Positions 1 through 19,009 of a stretch of DNA of 64,000 nt are shown piece by piece. Numbering within the stretch: position 1 is the stretch's first letter; every line of letters begins with the position of its first letter. Under the pieces are notes generated by a model, which saw only the letters and a list, made by a program, of their open reading frames with translations, made no database searches and was not told the DNA's origin. The translations under genes and the position numbers were made by a program. The DNA lies in assembly GCF_009914755.1 (NCBI RefSeq), contig NC_060929.1, one strand, 5' to 3'. Origin of the DNA: the human T2T-CHM13v2.0 reference genome, Homo sapiens.

Positions 1-391
1 CTCTTTATATTGTCCTTCCTTTATTTTACAATAATTTATCCTTACCAAATGAACTAATTTCTCTGAAAATTATGCTATGCTATATACCTTATAATGGAAA
101 AAAAAAGATTTCTAAAGAATCTTCAGTTCTCCTTGTTAATTTACATTTGTTAATCTCTTCAGGTTCATATGTCAAAAGACAAATATTTATGATATCAAAT
201 TTTTAAAAAAGAATAAAAATGGAACATACATACTGTAATTACAATGGTGTAAGATGTTTGAGAACAGAAAACATTCAAAGTGAAAACAGCTGTTAAGTGT
301 GGTTGGATTATGGATATTTTTCTTTTTCCAAATTCTATTTGATATTATTGATAAAATGACTTCATAAAAATCACTAAGATAAATGCTTGTT

Positions 392-522
392 TCTACATTA
401 ATTAAAATCTAAAATCTACATTAATTAAAATCTAAAAAAGTAAAATCTAAAAACTACATTAATTAAAATCTAAAAATCTACATTAAAATCTTAAAAAATC
501 TAAATATAAAAACTACTTTAAT
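392..522. repeat. Degenerate AT-rich minisatellite, unit ~CTACATTAATTAAAATCTAAAA, about 4-5 copies
   Basis: Directly visible tandem copies. Confidence 0.85.
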
Positions 523-574
523 TTGTAAACGACTACAGTGTCAAATAAACTCTCAAATTCAGGTTTATAACTAC

Positions 575-741
575 CTTTATATACAGGATCAAAATTGATA
601 TGATCTGATGTAACCTTCCCAAGGGCATTCTCTGCTTCTACCCAGACTTCAATGTTGACAAAATACACAGTAGAATAATCAACAGTGCATGAGGTGGGGG
701 TGTCACGTTTTGCTTTGCAATCAGCAAACTTGTGTGTTGCC
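575..741 (-). CDS. IL6ST: IL6ST/gp130 exon 6 (FNIII D2: (W)ATHKFADCKAKRDTPTSCTVDYSTVYFVNIEVWVEAENALGKVTSDHINFDPVYK)
   Basis: Minus-strand translation matches gp130; acceptor TATTTAG| at 742-748, donor |GTAGTT at 569-574; 167 nt, phase compatible with exon 5. Confidence 0.97.
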
Positions 742-1229
742 CTAAATACAAAAAATTGAAGAATCAGTCATTAAAAACACATCTGAAAAAATTAGAGTGA
801 AAAAAATTACTTGCAAAGAGTTTGATGAGACCTAGATTGTTGTAGCAAACTTTGCAATATAACTGCTGGTCACTAACAAAATTTCTTAAAAATAAACCTT
901 TCTTTAAAATTAACTTTGATCTATATCTTAAAACATAAAATTATTTTCAAATTTGTAGTCTAAAAATATTGTGCTTTAAAATTTTATGCTCCATCCCCAC
1001 TTACTCCTCTCCAAAAATTATCTATTTCCTTGTGATCCCAGTGCTGTTTTTTCTTTTTCCTAAAACAGAACCCTTACTGTACCACAAATTTCTTTAAGCA
1101 CAATATGCTAGAAGGTGACAGGAGGTTAGGGGTAAGAATTTCTATTACCCCTTAGCCTTTAGTCTTAGGGCTAAAATCTCTTAGCCTCTTTCTAGTCAAA
1201 CTTAGGCAACTACTTTCTGATTTCTATCA

Positions 1230-3240
1230 CCATGGAAAGTTTCAAGTAATATTACTATATTTATTTACAATTATATAAATTATGCCTCAATTAAAAATAT
1301 TCATATACAACACTGTTTTTAAAAATAGGATAAACCAAACCCCAAATTGAACCAAAACAAAAATGGTTAGCCTCTAAGGAGAAGGAAATAAGGTAGAGGA
1401 TTCAGGAATAGAATATAGACTTTTCTGAACAAGCCTTAATACTATTAATAGATTTGACTTTTTGGATTGTTTTATATAATTATTAAGAAAAATTCCTAAA
1501 AATTAAAAGCAAAATGAAACATATGAACTTGTGTACTGAGTATGTAGTATAACCACATAGAAAAGAACTATTCCAAGTAACATTAAAACACAGTAATCTG
1601 ACTATTACACATCCTTCACAGAGAAAAACAATCTTAAAATCATTCTTGGTAATCATTTTGTTGGTGCTAATACTGTTGTTATTATTCTGCAGCTGCTGTA
1701 TTAACCGTAGGATAAAGCAAATGAATAATTATGTTAGTGTTGTTGTCAACTATGTTTTTCAGTTCATAAGAAAGAAGATGTAGACGTCAGGTAAATATAA
1801 TTATGTAAAAACCTATAGCCCTAATTTTAAACTGAAAATATCAGTATGAATTTGTATTTTTAAAAGATAGTATTATATCTCAAACCACAAAACATGTCCT
1901 AGCTCTTTCGACTGAAAAAATCTAAAAAATCTAAAAACTATGACAAACCAGTAGTGATGAATTCCTGTAGCACCCAGATTGTAGTCTGTAAATATTATTT
2001 CACACTAAATGAAACCAGAGAGTTTTGGGAAAAGGTTGATTCCAGGTCTGGGTGAGGAAATACATGATGACCCTGTAAAAGCATGTTATATCAGAGAGCT
2101 ATCAAAGGCTAAGGAAGTTGTGTCAAGACGATGAATGAGCCGGGCGGGGTGGTGGGTGCCTATAATCCCAGCCACTCGGGAGGCAGTGAGCCGAGATCAC
2201 GCCACTTCACTACAGCCTGGTCAAAAGAGCAAAACTCTGTCTCAAAAAAAAAAAAAAAAAAGGATGAATGAGCCAATTTGAGTAAACTGCCACTGATCAA
2301 AGATGGGACAATCCATAATGAGTTAAAACATATCAAATATGTTTAAATATAAATTTATAATGAGAAAGAAAAGCCCTCATTATTCTACCTTTGGAGGATA
2401 CTAGGGAATCAACTAATTATAAAACTGGTAATTAAGGAAAAATATTAAACCTATCTTGCTTCTCCTATCTGAACTGTACTTCAGGGTAAACCACAGTTGA
2501 TAAAGGCAAGTTTTTCTTTAAGTATTTCAGCTAAAACAAAACACAGAATACCATAGTTTTGTAATTTATATACAAATTATAATCACTGATGACTGCTCAA
2601 AGCTGTAAGGGAAATACTAGTGGGAAAACAACATGATTAAATTTCGGAAACATTCTGTTGAGTTATAAAACTTTTCACAGAAGAGTATATACTATATAAT
2701 CCCATTTATATGAGACATTCTGTAACAGGAAAAAATAATCTATGGTGAAGAATATCAGACAGGTAGTTGCTCATGGGGTGGGGCACTTGCTGGGATTGAC
2801 TGAAGGAGCAGGAAGGAACTTTTTAGGTGTGTTAGTCATGTTCTATGTCTTGATACTGATTGAGTTACACAGGTGTCTGTACTTGTCAAAACTCACTGAA
2901 TGATACACTAAGATTTGTGTTTTCACTATATGTAAATTTTATTTAAAAACATAATACTGAACTCTAGTTCATGTAAATACTGAAGTGATTAAGAATGAGG
3001 TATATTAATGACTGTAACTCACTATGAAATACTGAAGTGATTAAGGGTGAGGTATATTAATGACTGCAACTCACTATGAAATACATAAAAAAGAGATAGA
3101 TTGAGAGATGGAGAGAAGGATGCATAGATAAATAGGTGATAAAGCAAAGATAGTAAAATGTTAATTGTAGAATCTAGGGTATGCAAGAGTGTTCACTGTA
3201 AAACTCTTTCAACTTTTCTGTTTGGAAAAAACAAATGGGA
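1230..3240 (+). mobile_element. Old L1M (L1MC/MD-like) 3' fragments
   Basis: L1 3'UTR-like motifs such as GTCAAAACTCACTGAATGATACACTAAGATTTGTG. Confidence 0.5.
2138..2260 (+). mobile_element. Truncated Alu right arm
   Basis: Alu motifs, poly(A), TSD GATGAATGAGCC. Confidence 0.85.
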
Positions 3241-3459
3241 AACTTAGTAAATAAAGGAATGAGGCTGACAACACCCGAAACCACTGCTCAATCTTAGTAT
3301 CAGAAAAAAGAAAAACAGTGAAACATTATCTGGTCTTTCCTGACAGAAGTACACATCACTCCTACAAAATATTTTTTTGGGGAAAAAAAAAAAATCAAAC
3401 CCAAATCTGATGAAATCTGTAGATCTAAAAGCAATTTTTTGGAAAGAAAAAGACAAGGG

Positions 3460-3760
3460 GGCCAGGCGCGGTGGCCACGTCTATCATCTAAGCACTCTGG
3501 GAGGCAGAGGCAGCCAGATCACGAGGTCAGGAGTTCAAGACCAGCCTGACCAACATGGTGAAACCCTCTCTATTAAAAATAGAAAAAAATTAGCTGGGCA
3601 TGGTGGCACATGCCTGTAATCCCAGCTACTCAGGAGGCTGAGGCAGGAGAATTGCTTGAACCTGGGAAGCGGAGGTTGCAGTGAGCAGAGATCATGCCAC
3701 TGTACTCCAGCCTAGGTGACAGAGCAAGACTCCATCTCAAAAAAAAAAAAAAAAAAAAAA
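3460..3760 (+). mobile_element. AluS, full length
   Basis: Dimeric Alu, poly(A), TSD AAAAGACAAGGG. Confidence 0.95.
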
Positions 3761-4204
3761 AGACAAGGGAATATGTTAAACAATGTACAATGTATAACAG
3801 TTTAACAACTGAAATGTAAGAAAAAAGAACAAATAGAACCTATAATTTAAGAGACAAGACATAAATTCACAAAGTATGGAGCTTATTCGAATCTTGACTG
3901 AAACAAATGTAAAAAAAATTATACATATAGGCATATTCATGAGACAATAGGGGAAATCAACACTAACTGAAAATGTAATATTTTATATCTGAGTGTAACA
4001 GTGGTATGTTGTTATGCTTTTTTTTAAAATGTCCTCATCTTTTAGAGACGCATACTGAAATATCTTTGGATGAAATATGATGCCCGCGATTCTCTCTTCA
4101 AGACAATATAGGCAAAGAGTACCTTTGAAATAAGACTGGTCATGAGCTGACCAGTGTTGAAGCTGAGTGATGGGTATGTATGGGTATTCTACTATTCTTT
4201 CTAC

Positions 4205-4544
4205 TTTTATTTTTTATTTATTTATTTTTTTTGAGATGGAGTCTCACTCTGTTACCCAGGCTGGAGTGTAGTGGTGCAATCCGGGCTCACTGCAACCTCC
4301 GCCTCCTGGATTTAAGTGATTCTCCTGCCTCAACCTCCGAGTCACTGGGATTACAGGCACCCGCCACCATGCCTGGCTAATTTTTGTAGTTTTGGTAGAG
4401 ACAGGGTTTTGCTCTGGTTGGCCAGGCTGGTCTCGAACTCCTGACCTCAAGTTATCTGCCCACCTCAGCCTCCGTAAGTGCTGGAGTTACAGGCATGGGC
4501 CGCCGCGCCTGGGGGATTACAGGCATGAGCCACCGCGCCTGGCC
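4205..4544 (-). mobile_element. AluS with duplicated 5' ~30 bp
   Basis: Alu reverse complement; TSD TCTACTTTTA. Confidence 0.93.
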
Positions 4545-4693
4545 TCTACTTTTACATATATTTGAAATGTTACAGAATAAAAAATTAAATGTTTTAAAAT
4601 AGCATTTAATATTATTACTTGGTAAAATAAAAATTCCAGCAAAAATGACTAACTTTAATAAATCTAACATGAAACAAATTTAAAATAACGTAC

Positions 4694-4814
4694 CATTCAG
4701 ATTTTAAAGTGAAGTTTGTCTCCAAGTGTGTTTCCCTTCCACCATCCCACTCACACCTCATTTTCTTCCCCTCGTTCACAATGCAACTCAAATTTTTAGG
4801 TTTTTCTGGAGGCA
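4694..4814 (-). CDS. IL6ST: IL6ST exon 5 ((L)PPEKPKNLSCIVNEGKKMRCEWDGGRETHLETNFTLKSE(W))
   Basis: ORF track 4615..4815; acceptor TTTTAG|, donor |GTACGT; 121 nt; codon 148 is GGT (Gly). Confidence 0.97.
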
Positions 4815-5328
4815 CTAAAAGGGATTAATTAGCATCTTTCAGAAAGCTTTATATCCACAAATATTATGCAATTTATATACTACCCAAGGCATTTGCGATC
4901 TAAATTAGATGAAAAAAATCAAACCCAAGCAAAAAGTATGGACACAATGAAAGGCTGATGACAATTTCTTTTCTATCCCAACTCTTACACTTCTTTTCAG
5001 GAAGTAATATATATACATCCATCCTAACTGTCATCAACTGGTTTGTTTCACATTAATTTTCTATGTAAAATCAACTTTCATTTATAACTGGAAAAAAATA
5101 TCAACTGATTTCTCCATTAAGTATATTTTTAAAAGTAATATATACATATGTTTGTAAGAGGCAACTAAGTAGAAGCCAAAATGATTCATTTATATTTCTC
5201 TTCTTATTGCTTTCCCAAACTCGTTGGAAGAAAAGCAAATGCCAAAACAGTAAAGTCTGGGTGATCCACAAATTAGATAACCCACTTTTGGATCATAGTA
5301 AGTTTATTTTGTTTACTTTGTTACTCCA

Positions 5329-5618
5329 AGGCCAGGCACAGTGGCTCACGCCTGTAATCCCAGCAGTTTGGGAGCCCGAGGCAAGTGGATCACCTGAGGT
5401 CAGGAGTTTGAGACCAGCCTGGCCAACATGGCGAAACCCCATTTCTACTAAAAATATGAAAAATTAGCCGGGCGTGGTGGCTCATGCCTGTAGTCCCAGC
5501 TACTTGGGAGGCTGAGGCAGGAGGATTGCTTGAACCCGGGAGGGCAGTGAGCTGAGATGATGCCACTGCACTCCAGCCTGGGTGACAGAGCGAGACTCTG
5601 TCACCAAAAAAAAAAAAA
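5329..5618 (+). mobile_element. AluS
   Basis: Alu consensus and poly(A). Confidence 0.93.
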
Positions 5619-5967
5619 GGATTTACTCCAGTATTTGTTCGCTTTCTTCAGGTAGCTGCTTTACACGTGCATTTTCTCAGCAATTAAGGGATACTGAGAA
5701 TTACCATCATTATGTCAATTCAACAATACTTTCCTGTGGTGGGGGGGGTCTCATGTCAAATATTTCTCTAGTAAAGTGAAACTGCTTGACTTTCAGGAAA
5801 GACAGGAGACTTGTGGTTCCTACTTCTAAGCTTATTTTTTAAAAACCAAACATGTCCAAGTCACTAAGTCCACAAGTTACTACATTTTATAAAGATGAAA
5901 GGACAACATTAAAAATGCAGTTCAATAGTCATGACAAAGTCTGAAATAAGACAAAAACAAAACTTAC

Positions 5968-6273
5968 AGCCTGAAATTATTGTGATTCCATAAACATTCT
6001 GTTCAAGCTGTCCGAATGTAAGAATGTTGCAAGTGAGCTGAATATTTAATGAAGCTATATCTGTAAAGGTGACACTGGATGCTGTTCTGTTTATGATAGT
6101 ATATTGCTCCTTAGGAATAGTAAAATGGTTTGTTTTCCAGACAATGTAATTAGCATTTACATGAAAATAATCCATACATTTTTCCTTTAGCACACAAACT
6201 GCAGTGAAATTAGAATGAAGTTGTACAACTGGAGATTCAGGACTGATATAACCACATGGATCTAGAAGTTCAC
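5968..6273 (-). CDS. IL6ST: IL6ST exon 4 (Ig-like D1: ELLDPCGYISPESPVVQLHSNF...YGITIISG)
   Basis: Inside ORF 5909..6508; acceptor TTTTTAG|, donor |GTAAGT; 306 nt, phase 1-1. Confidence 0.98.
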
Positions 6274-6819
6274 CTAAAAAGGAACAATAGAAAATATATA
6301 AATGGACTGAATTTTTCTGGTACAAAATGATATCTAGCTGGTAGCACTCAATGTAGAGTCCCTCAACCGTCACTAAAATATCCCTAAAGACACAGAAAAA
6401 GACAATACACAACTGAAAATTAATATGGTTAGAATTTAATGCCTGAATTTGTAAAGAAATATACAAATTATAAAGATAATAGAGCTGAATTAAGAAAAAC
6501 CCATTCATGCTTTATAGCCCATGGTATAAACTATTTCTTTAAGAAACACAGACTGCCTGCAGCATGATTCATACTTGCCCCACAACGTATCCTGTCCCTC
6601 CATTTAGATCCCAGGTCTAAACTAAACTCTCCAGAAAACAGGCAGTGGTGGTCTCCTCTACAGTCCTGAATGCTGTTGTGGAGTACAGTTGGGGTCACAG
6701 ACAGTATACATTGTCCACACATCAAAACTCAGACAACAAAGGAAACAGCAAGGGACCAATACAAAACAGGAAGAATAGAACAAGATGGCCAAATAGTTTA
6801 GTTTTAAGAATAAATGCAT

Positions 6820-7360
6820 GGCCCTGGGTATGATGGTTTGCGTCTATAATCTCAGCACTTTTGGGAGGCCGAGGCAAGAGGATCGCTCGAGCTCAGGAGT
6901 TTGAAACCAGCTTGGGCAACATAGGGAGATGCCATCTGTACTAAAAACAAAAAAAATTAGCCGAGCATGGTGGTGCACGCCTATAGTCCCAGCTATTCGG
7001 GAGGCTGAAGTGGGATGATGGCTTGAGCCCAAGGGGTCAAGGATGTAGTAAGCCACTGCACTCCACCCTGGACAACAGAGTGAAAATAAATGCATGGGAT
7101 AGGATCCCCTATTTAAAAACAAAGAATCAGCCTAACCAACATGCTAAAACCCAGTCTCTACTAAAAATACAAAAATTAGCTGGGTGTCATGGTGGGCACC
7201 TGTAATCCCAGCTGCTTGGGAGGCTGAGGCATGAGAATCACCTGAACCCAGGAAGTGGAGGTTGCAGTGAGATCACGCCACTGCACTCCAGCTTGGGAGA
7301 CAGAGTGAGACCGAGTCTCAAAAAACAAAACAAAACAAAACAAACAAAACAAAACACAAA
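6820..7360 (+). mobile_element. AluJ (6820-7090) plus 5'-truncated Alu (7128-7360)
   Basis: Alu motifs; TSD AATAAATGCATGG for the first element. Confidence 0.88.
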
Positions 7361-8041
7361 GAATCAGATTGGGTAAAAGAGAATTAAACACAACTACATG
7401 CTTTACCTATCACCTACTCCACATTGATGACATCTCAATCCCTATCTCTAGCACTAAACCCCCATGCTTTCAATAGCCCATTAGACATATATCTACCTGA
7501 GATATCCCATAGCTATTTTTAAATGAGCATGTCCAAAACTATTATGTATCATAATCTTTTCAAACTTATTATTTTTTATTCTTATTTCTCTGCCTCTGCT
7601 AACAGCACCACTCCCATCCAGACATCCAGGACAGATACTCTGTAGTCATCTTCCAACATCTCCAATTAGCCTCCTCTAACCTCCAACTTAACAATAGTGC
7701 ACTGTATTGGTTCTATATGCTTAATAAGCATATCAACATCTTCTTTCCAATGCTACTTTGACTGCTGAAGCACAGGATACTATATCAGTCTGACCTCCTT
7801 CCAGTTTATCTTACATACTACTGTCAGTTACTGTTCTAAAATAATTAGGACATTTGTCTACTTTAAATTATTTAGTGGCTACCTACTACCAAGATAAAAG
7901 TCCCAACTATTTGACATGATTTTATTCTTTTTCTCTAGCTTCAATGTCCACAATTTTAAGGTGGCTTTCCTCAATGAATCCTATTTGCTGTGGGGTTCCT
8001 GGGTAGTTACCCATGAAGTGTTTTTGAGATTAAAAATTACT

Positions 8042-9505
<1,464 letters not shown>

Positions 9506-9634
9506 CTACTTTTATAGGTTCATACTCAAATTTATATTTGATTACCCATATATAAAAAAACTGACTTAAGAAAAAAGTCAATTAGAGGATAGTCTTAAGT
9601 AGAATATGCTGAAGTGCATGCCCTCAATCCTTGG

Positions 9635-10202
9635 AGAAGACTGTATTTTAAGAATGGCCACACCTACATATTTATCCCATCCCACGTTTTTCTTACGATG
9701 TCACGCATACTCTTTTCATGAAGAGGTGGGGACTGCATTTCCCCCAACCACATCAGATCTGTATGGGTGCCTTGTGTCCACTCCAGCCAATGGAGTGTGC
9801 TATGAGACTTCAGAGGCTAGATCATTAAAAGAATACAGACTCCAATTAGCTTTCTTTCTCTCTCCCGGGATATCTGCCCTTAGAACCCAGCCACACATTG
9901 TAAGAAAGCCAGGGCCATAAAAAGAGGCCACGTATGGTGTTTTGGACAATGGCCCCAGCAAAGCCCTCAGCCTGCAGATACCATTAACAACAGACATATA
10001 AGCGAAGGAGTCTGAAGATGACTCCAGCCCCCAGTCTGAATATTGCAGCTGAGGCCCCAGACATTGTACAGCAAAGATGAATACGTCTGATTGTGCCTGC
10101 CTATCTATAGTCTTGTCCTATACAAATCATGAGAGGTATTATTATCATTTTAAGCCTTGAAGATTTGGAGTATTTGTGAGGCAGCAACAGGTAGCTAATG
10201 CA
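9635..10202 (+). mobile_element. MLT1 (G/H-like) MaLR solo LTR
   Basis: MLT1-like motifs (GAGGCTAGATCATTAAAAG, AGAACCCAGCCAC) and end GCAGCAACAGGTAGCTAATGCA. Confidence 0.6.
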
Positions 10203-10743
10203 GTCCTGTTATTTTCAACATTTTAATCAACAACTTGGGAAAAGACAGACACACATGCTTATCAAATTAGCAGAGGACAGGACTACAAACAACTGCCAAC
10301 ACTTCGGATGAAAATGTTGGGATTTAAAATTATGCTGAAAGAGTAGAACACCAGGCTAAAACTGATAAAATGAAATTAGCAACAGAGGAAATATATCCTA
10401 TTTAGGTAATAAGAAATATACATTGGGTGAGGGAGAACTAGTTTAAGAGTAACTCATGTAAAAACCACCTGAGAATTTTCACTGATCACTAGCTCAACAT
10501 GAAACAAGGGTATATCTCAGCTACCACATAGTTACGTAACTTTATAAAAATGATGTTCAGATCAAAGTAAGTATGAGTGCCACTGTAGTCAGATTGGTTT
10601 TGGTATATTACGTTTATTTTTTTCATAAAGAAACTTTTATTCAAAGACAACAATAACCTTTATAATAAATATGCAGTAACTATCATTTTTATAATGCTTA
10701 CTGTAGGCCAAACACTGTCCAAATATTTCCTCTATATTAACTT

Positions 10744-11202
<459 letters not shown>

Positions 11203-11369
11203 CTCTATATTAACTTCTTTAATCCTCACTAATAACCCTAGGAGGTAGTGGCCTTTATTATCACCATTTCATAGATCAGGAAATTGAGGTACAGAAAATG
11301 ACTGACCAAGGTCCTACAGCTAGTAAGGGGGACAGCTGGGATAGTATTATTCATACACACACACACACA

Positions 11370-11402
<33 letters not shown>

Positions 11403-11419
11403 GTACACATAAATATTTT

Positions 11420-12088
11420 TACGAGACAGGGTCTTGCTCTGTTACCCAGGATAGAGTGCAATGGCGTGACCATGGCTCACTGTGACCTCGAGGTCCAGGG
11501 CTCATGATTCTCCTGGCTCAGCCTCCTGAGTAGTTGGGACTAGAGGCATGATATGGTTTGAATCTGTGTCCCCACCCAAATCTCATGTCGTATCATAATC
11601 CCCAGTGTTGGAGGTGGGGCCTGGTGGAGAGGTGATTAAATCATAGGGGTGGATTTCTCACTTGGTACTGCCTCGAGATGGTGGATGAGGAATGAGTTAT
11701 TGTGAGCTCTGGTCATTTAAAAGTTTGTAGCACCTTCCCTTTCTCTCTCTCTTCCTCCTGTTCTCGCTATGTGAGATGCCTCACTCCCCCTTTGTCTTCT
11801 GCCATGACTGGAAACTTCCCAAAGCCTCCCCAGAAGCAGATGCCACCATGCTTCCGCACAGCCTACAGAACTGTGAATCAATTAAACCTTTTCTTTATAA
11901 ATTACCCAGTCTCAGGTATTTCTTTATAGCAGTGTGAGAATGGACTAATACTTGGCTAATTAAAAAAAAAAATTGTAGAGATGGGGCCTTGCTTTGTTGC
12001 CCAGACTGAATTCCTGGACTCAAGTTATTTTCCTGCCTATGCCTCCCAAGGTTCTGGGATTACAGGTGTGAGCCACCATGTCCAGCCA
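11420..12088 (-). mobile_element. AluJ split by an MST LTR; (CA)n at 11355-11408 at its tail
   Basis: Alu halves on either side of 11549-11951. Confidence 0.8.
11549..11951 (+). mobile_element. MSTA/MSTB MaLR solo LTR
   Basis: Starts TGATATGGTTTGAATCTGTGTCCCCACCCAAATCTCATG; ends GAGAATGGACTAATAC. Confidence 0.85.
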
Positions 12089-12634
12089 GTATTCTATTTT
12101 AAATGTAATACAGGCAACTAAGAGAAGAATCAGTAGGGTAATCAGCATGCACAGGGTTAAAAACCAGATCCTATAGAATGATTAGATATCTGGGTAACTG
12201 TAATTTGGGGACAAGGACTTACAGACACAGGAAAGCAGCCCTTCAATACCTGAAGAGCATGTAGTATGAATGACGTAAAATTTAACAAGATTTAACAAAT
12301 TTTCTCCTATTCATTTACTGAAGAAAAAAAAAAAAACCCACACACTTCTTTCCTTCCCCATTTTAAAGTTATTGTTAGTATTGATATACAGCATTTAAGA
12401 TTACTGACTTAAATTACTGACTTAGCATGTAAGATGACTGTTACAACTCAAATTATACAAAAACAGATTATCAAGAATATTTTTATTAAAATCAATTTAA
12501 GATATTATTCTCTCGATTATCCTAGAAAGAATATATGAACATAATAATTAAACATAAGCTTAATTATATAATAATATAAAAATATATAAACCTAATTTGT
12601 GAAGTTAGAAGATAGGGTATTTCATGAACCTTAC

Positions 12635-12698
12635 CTGTAGATTCAGTGGTGAGGAAAATAAACAAGGCTTGCACTAGCCAAGTCTGCAACGTCAACAT
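12635..12698 (-). CDS. IL6ST: IL6ST exon 3 coding part, signal peptide MLTLQTWLVQALFIFLTTEST(G); whole exon is 12635-12713
   Basis: ATG at 12698 in GCAAGATGT; acceptor TTGCAG| at 12714-12719; donor |GTAAGG at 12629-12634. Confidence 0.97.
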
Positions 12699-13049
12699 CT
12701 TGCGCGGATATTTCTGCAACAGACACATGTAATATTACTTTTAATATTTTTTCTCTTATATACACATAATTTAAGACACAATCTTGTTTCCATGCTGTAG
12801 CTGTGTTTCTAAAAGGTGGTAAAATTCTTATGAGAATGTAGAAAACTTAAGTCTTCACATTATTTTTCTTTATTCCCACTGAAGTTATGGCTATGGAAAA
12901 CACTGCTAGAAAACATAATTTATACTTTAAGGTTAATTAAAAGAGATATCTTGTTTCTTTCTTATGTGAAGTCTTATATTAGTAAATAACTGTGAGATTA
13001 AGAACTTCAGACTGACAAATTTCTACATGGCAAAACTCACCATAATATG

Positions 13050-16680
<3,631 letters not shown>

Positions 16681-16688
16681 TTAATGTC

Positions 16689-18082
<1,394 letters not shown>

Positions 18083-19009
18083 TTGACAGAATTGACAGTA
18101 GTTTGCTTATTTTTTCCCTCCTTTCCTTCTGTTGATACTAATATTTAATTTAAAATTATATTAATAGCACTATTACCTCACCTCTTGCAGAGTTTTCTAT
18201 GCATATATTATAACCATACATTGCATACACTAACCTTCCTTGAAATTTGCAGGTAACTTGAGAAGCTTCTATGAAGCCAAAACCTAACTAGTAACCATAA
18301 ATACAGGAAAGATTATTTCTGAAAACCAAAAGCTGTAATCATTCCTCAACTATGGTGATATAACATGGTAGTGTGCCGAAAGGAGCTAGATGATGTATAA
18401 CAAGTATTGCTACTTTTAATGTTAGAGAAACAAAGTTCATAAATGATTTATTTAAAATAGAATAAATTCAAGATTATCCCTATAGTTGTTCATTCTCATT
18501 TACTTTCATTTCCATATGTTTTCTCAAGTGAGAGAAAAAGCAGTAGAGTTACAATGGATAAATATTTAATGGTTAGGCTCTTTATAAATTATTTTTGTCA
18601 CCTATGGATTGTGATTTTTTTTTCATTTTCTAACTTAACCTAAGGATGAAATAAAAAGCACGAATATATTTAGATTTACATTGCATGTGAAAAAGAATGT
18701 CAATATAAACTTTGTTACTATGGTAACATTACTATTACAATTGTAGAACAGTATATGAACTAAAATTGCCAAATAGAAGGCAAAATAATGCTTGTTGAAT
18801 TAATAAGTTGCGTGGGGATCAAGATGAAGAAAATTTCTATATATCTTTCACAGTACAGTGTTACTGTGAATAAACTGCCAGAAGTTGGTAATACCTACAC
18901 AAAATTAACTAATTATTAAATTAGTTTTTAAATTATCCACTCTGTTCTCTTCCATTAGTATCAATTATGAGTTCATAACAATTAACACTAGGATATTATT
19001 TTACATTAC

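Noticed and set aside
5303-5967. Intronic polyadenylation producing a soluble D1-only gp130
   Set aside because: Read-through stop at 5909 and an AATAAA at 5303-5308 exist, but the donor is a strong GTAAGT and nothing else supports use
5909-6508. 199-aa ORF as a standalone or N-terminally extended gp130 protein
   Set aside because: Only 5968-6273 is exonic; the flanks are intronic sequence that happens to be open, with canonical splice sites at the exon edges
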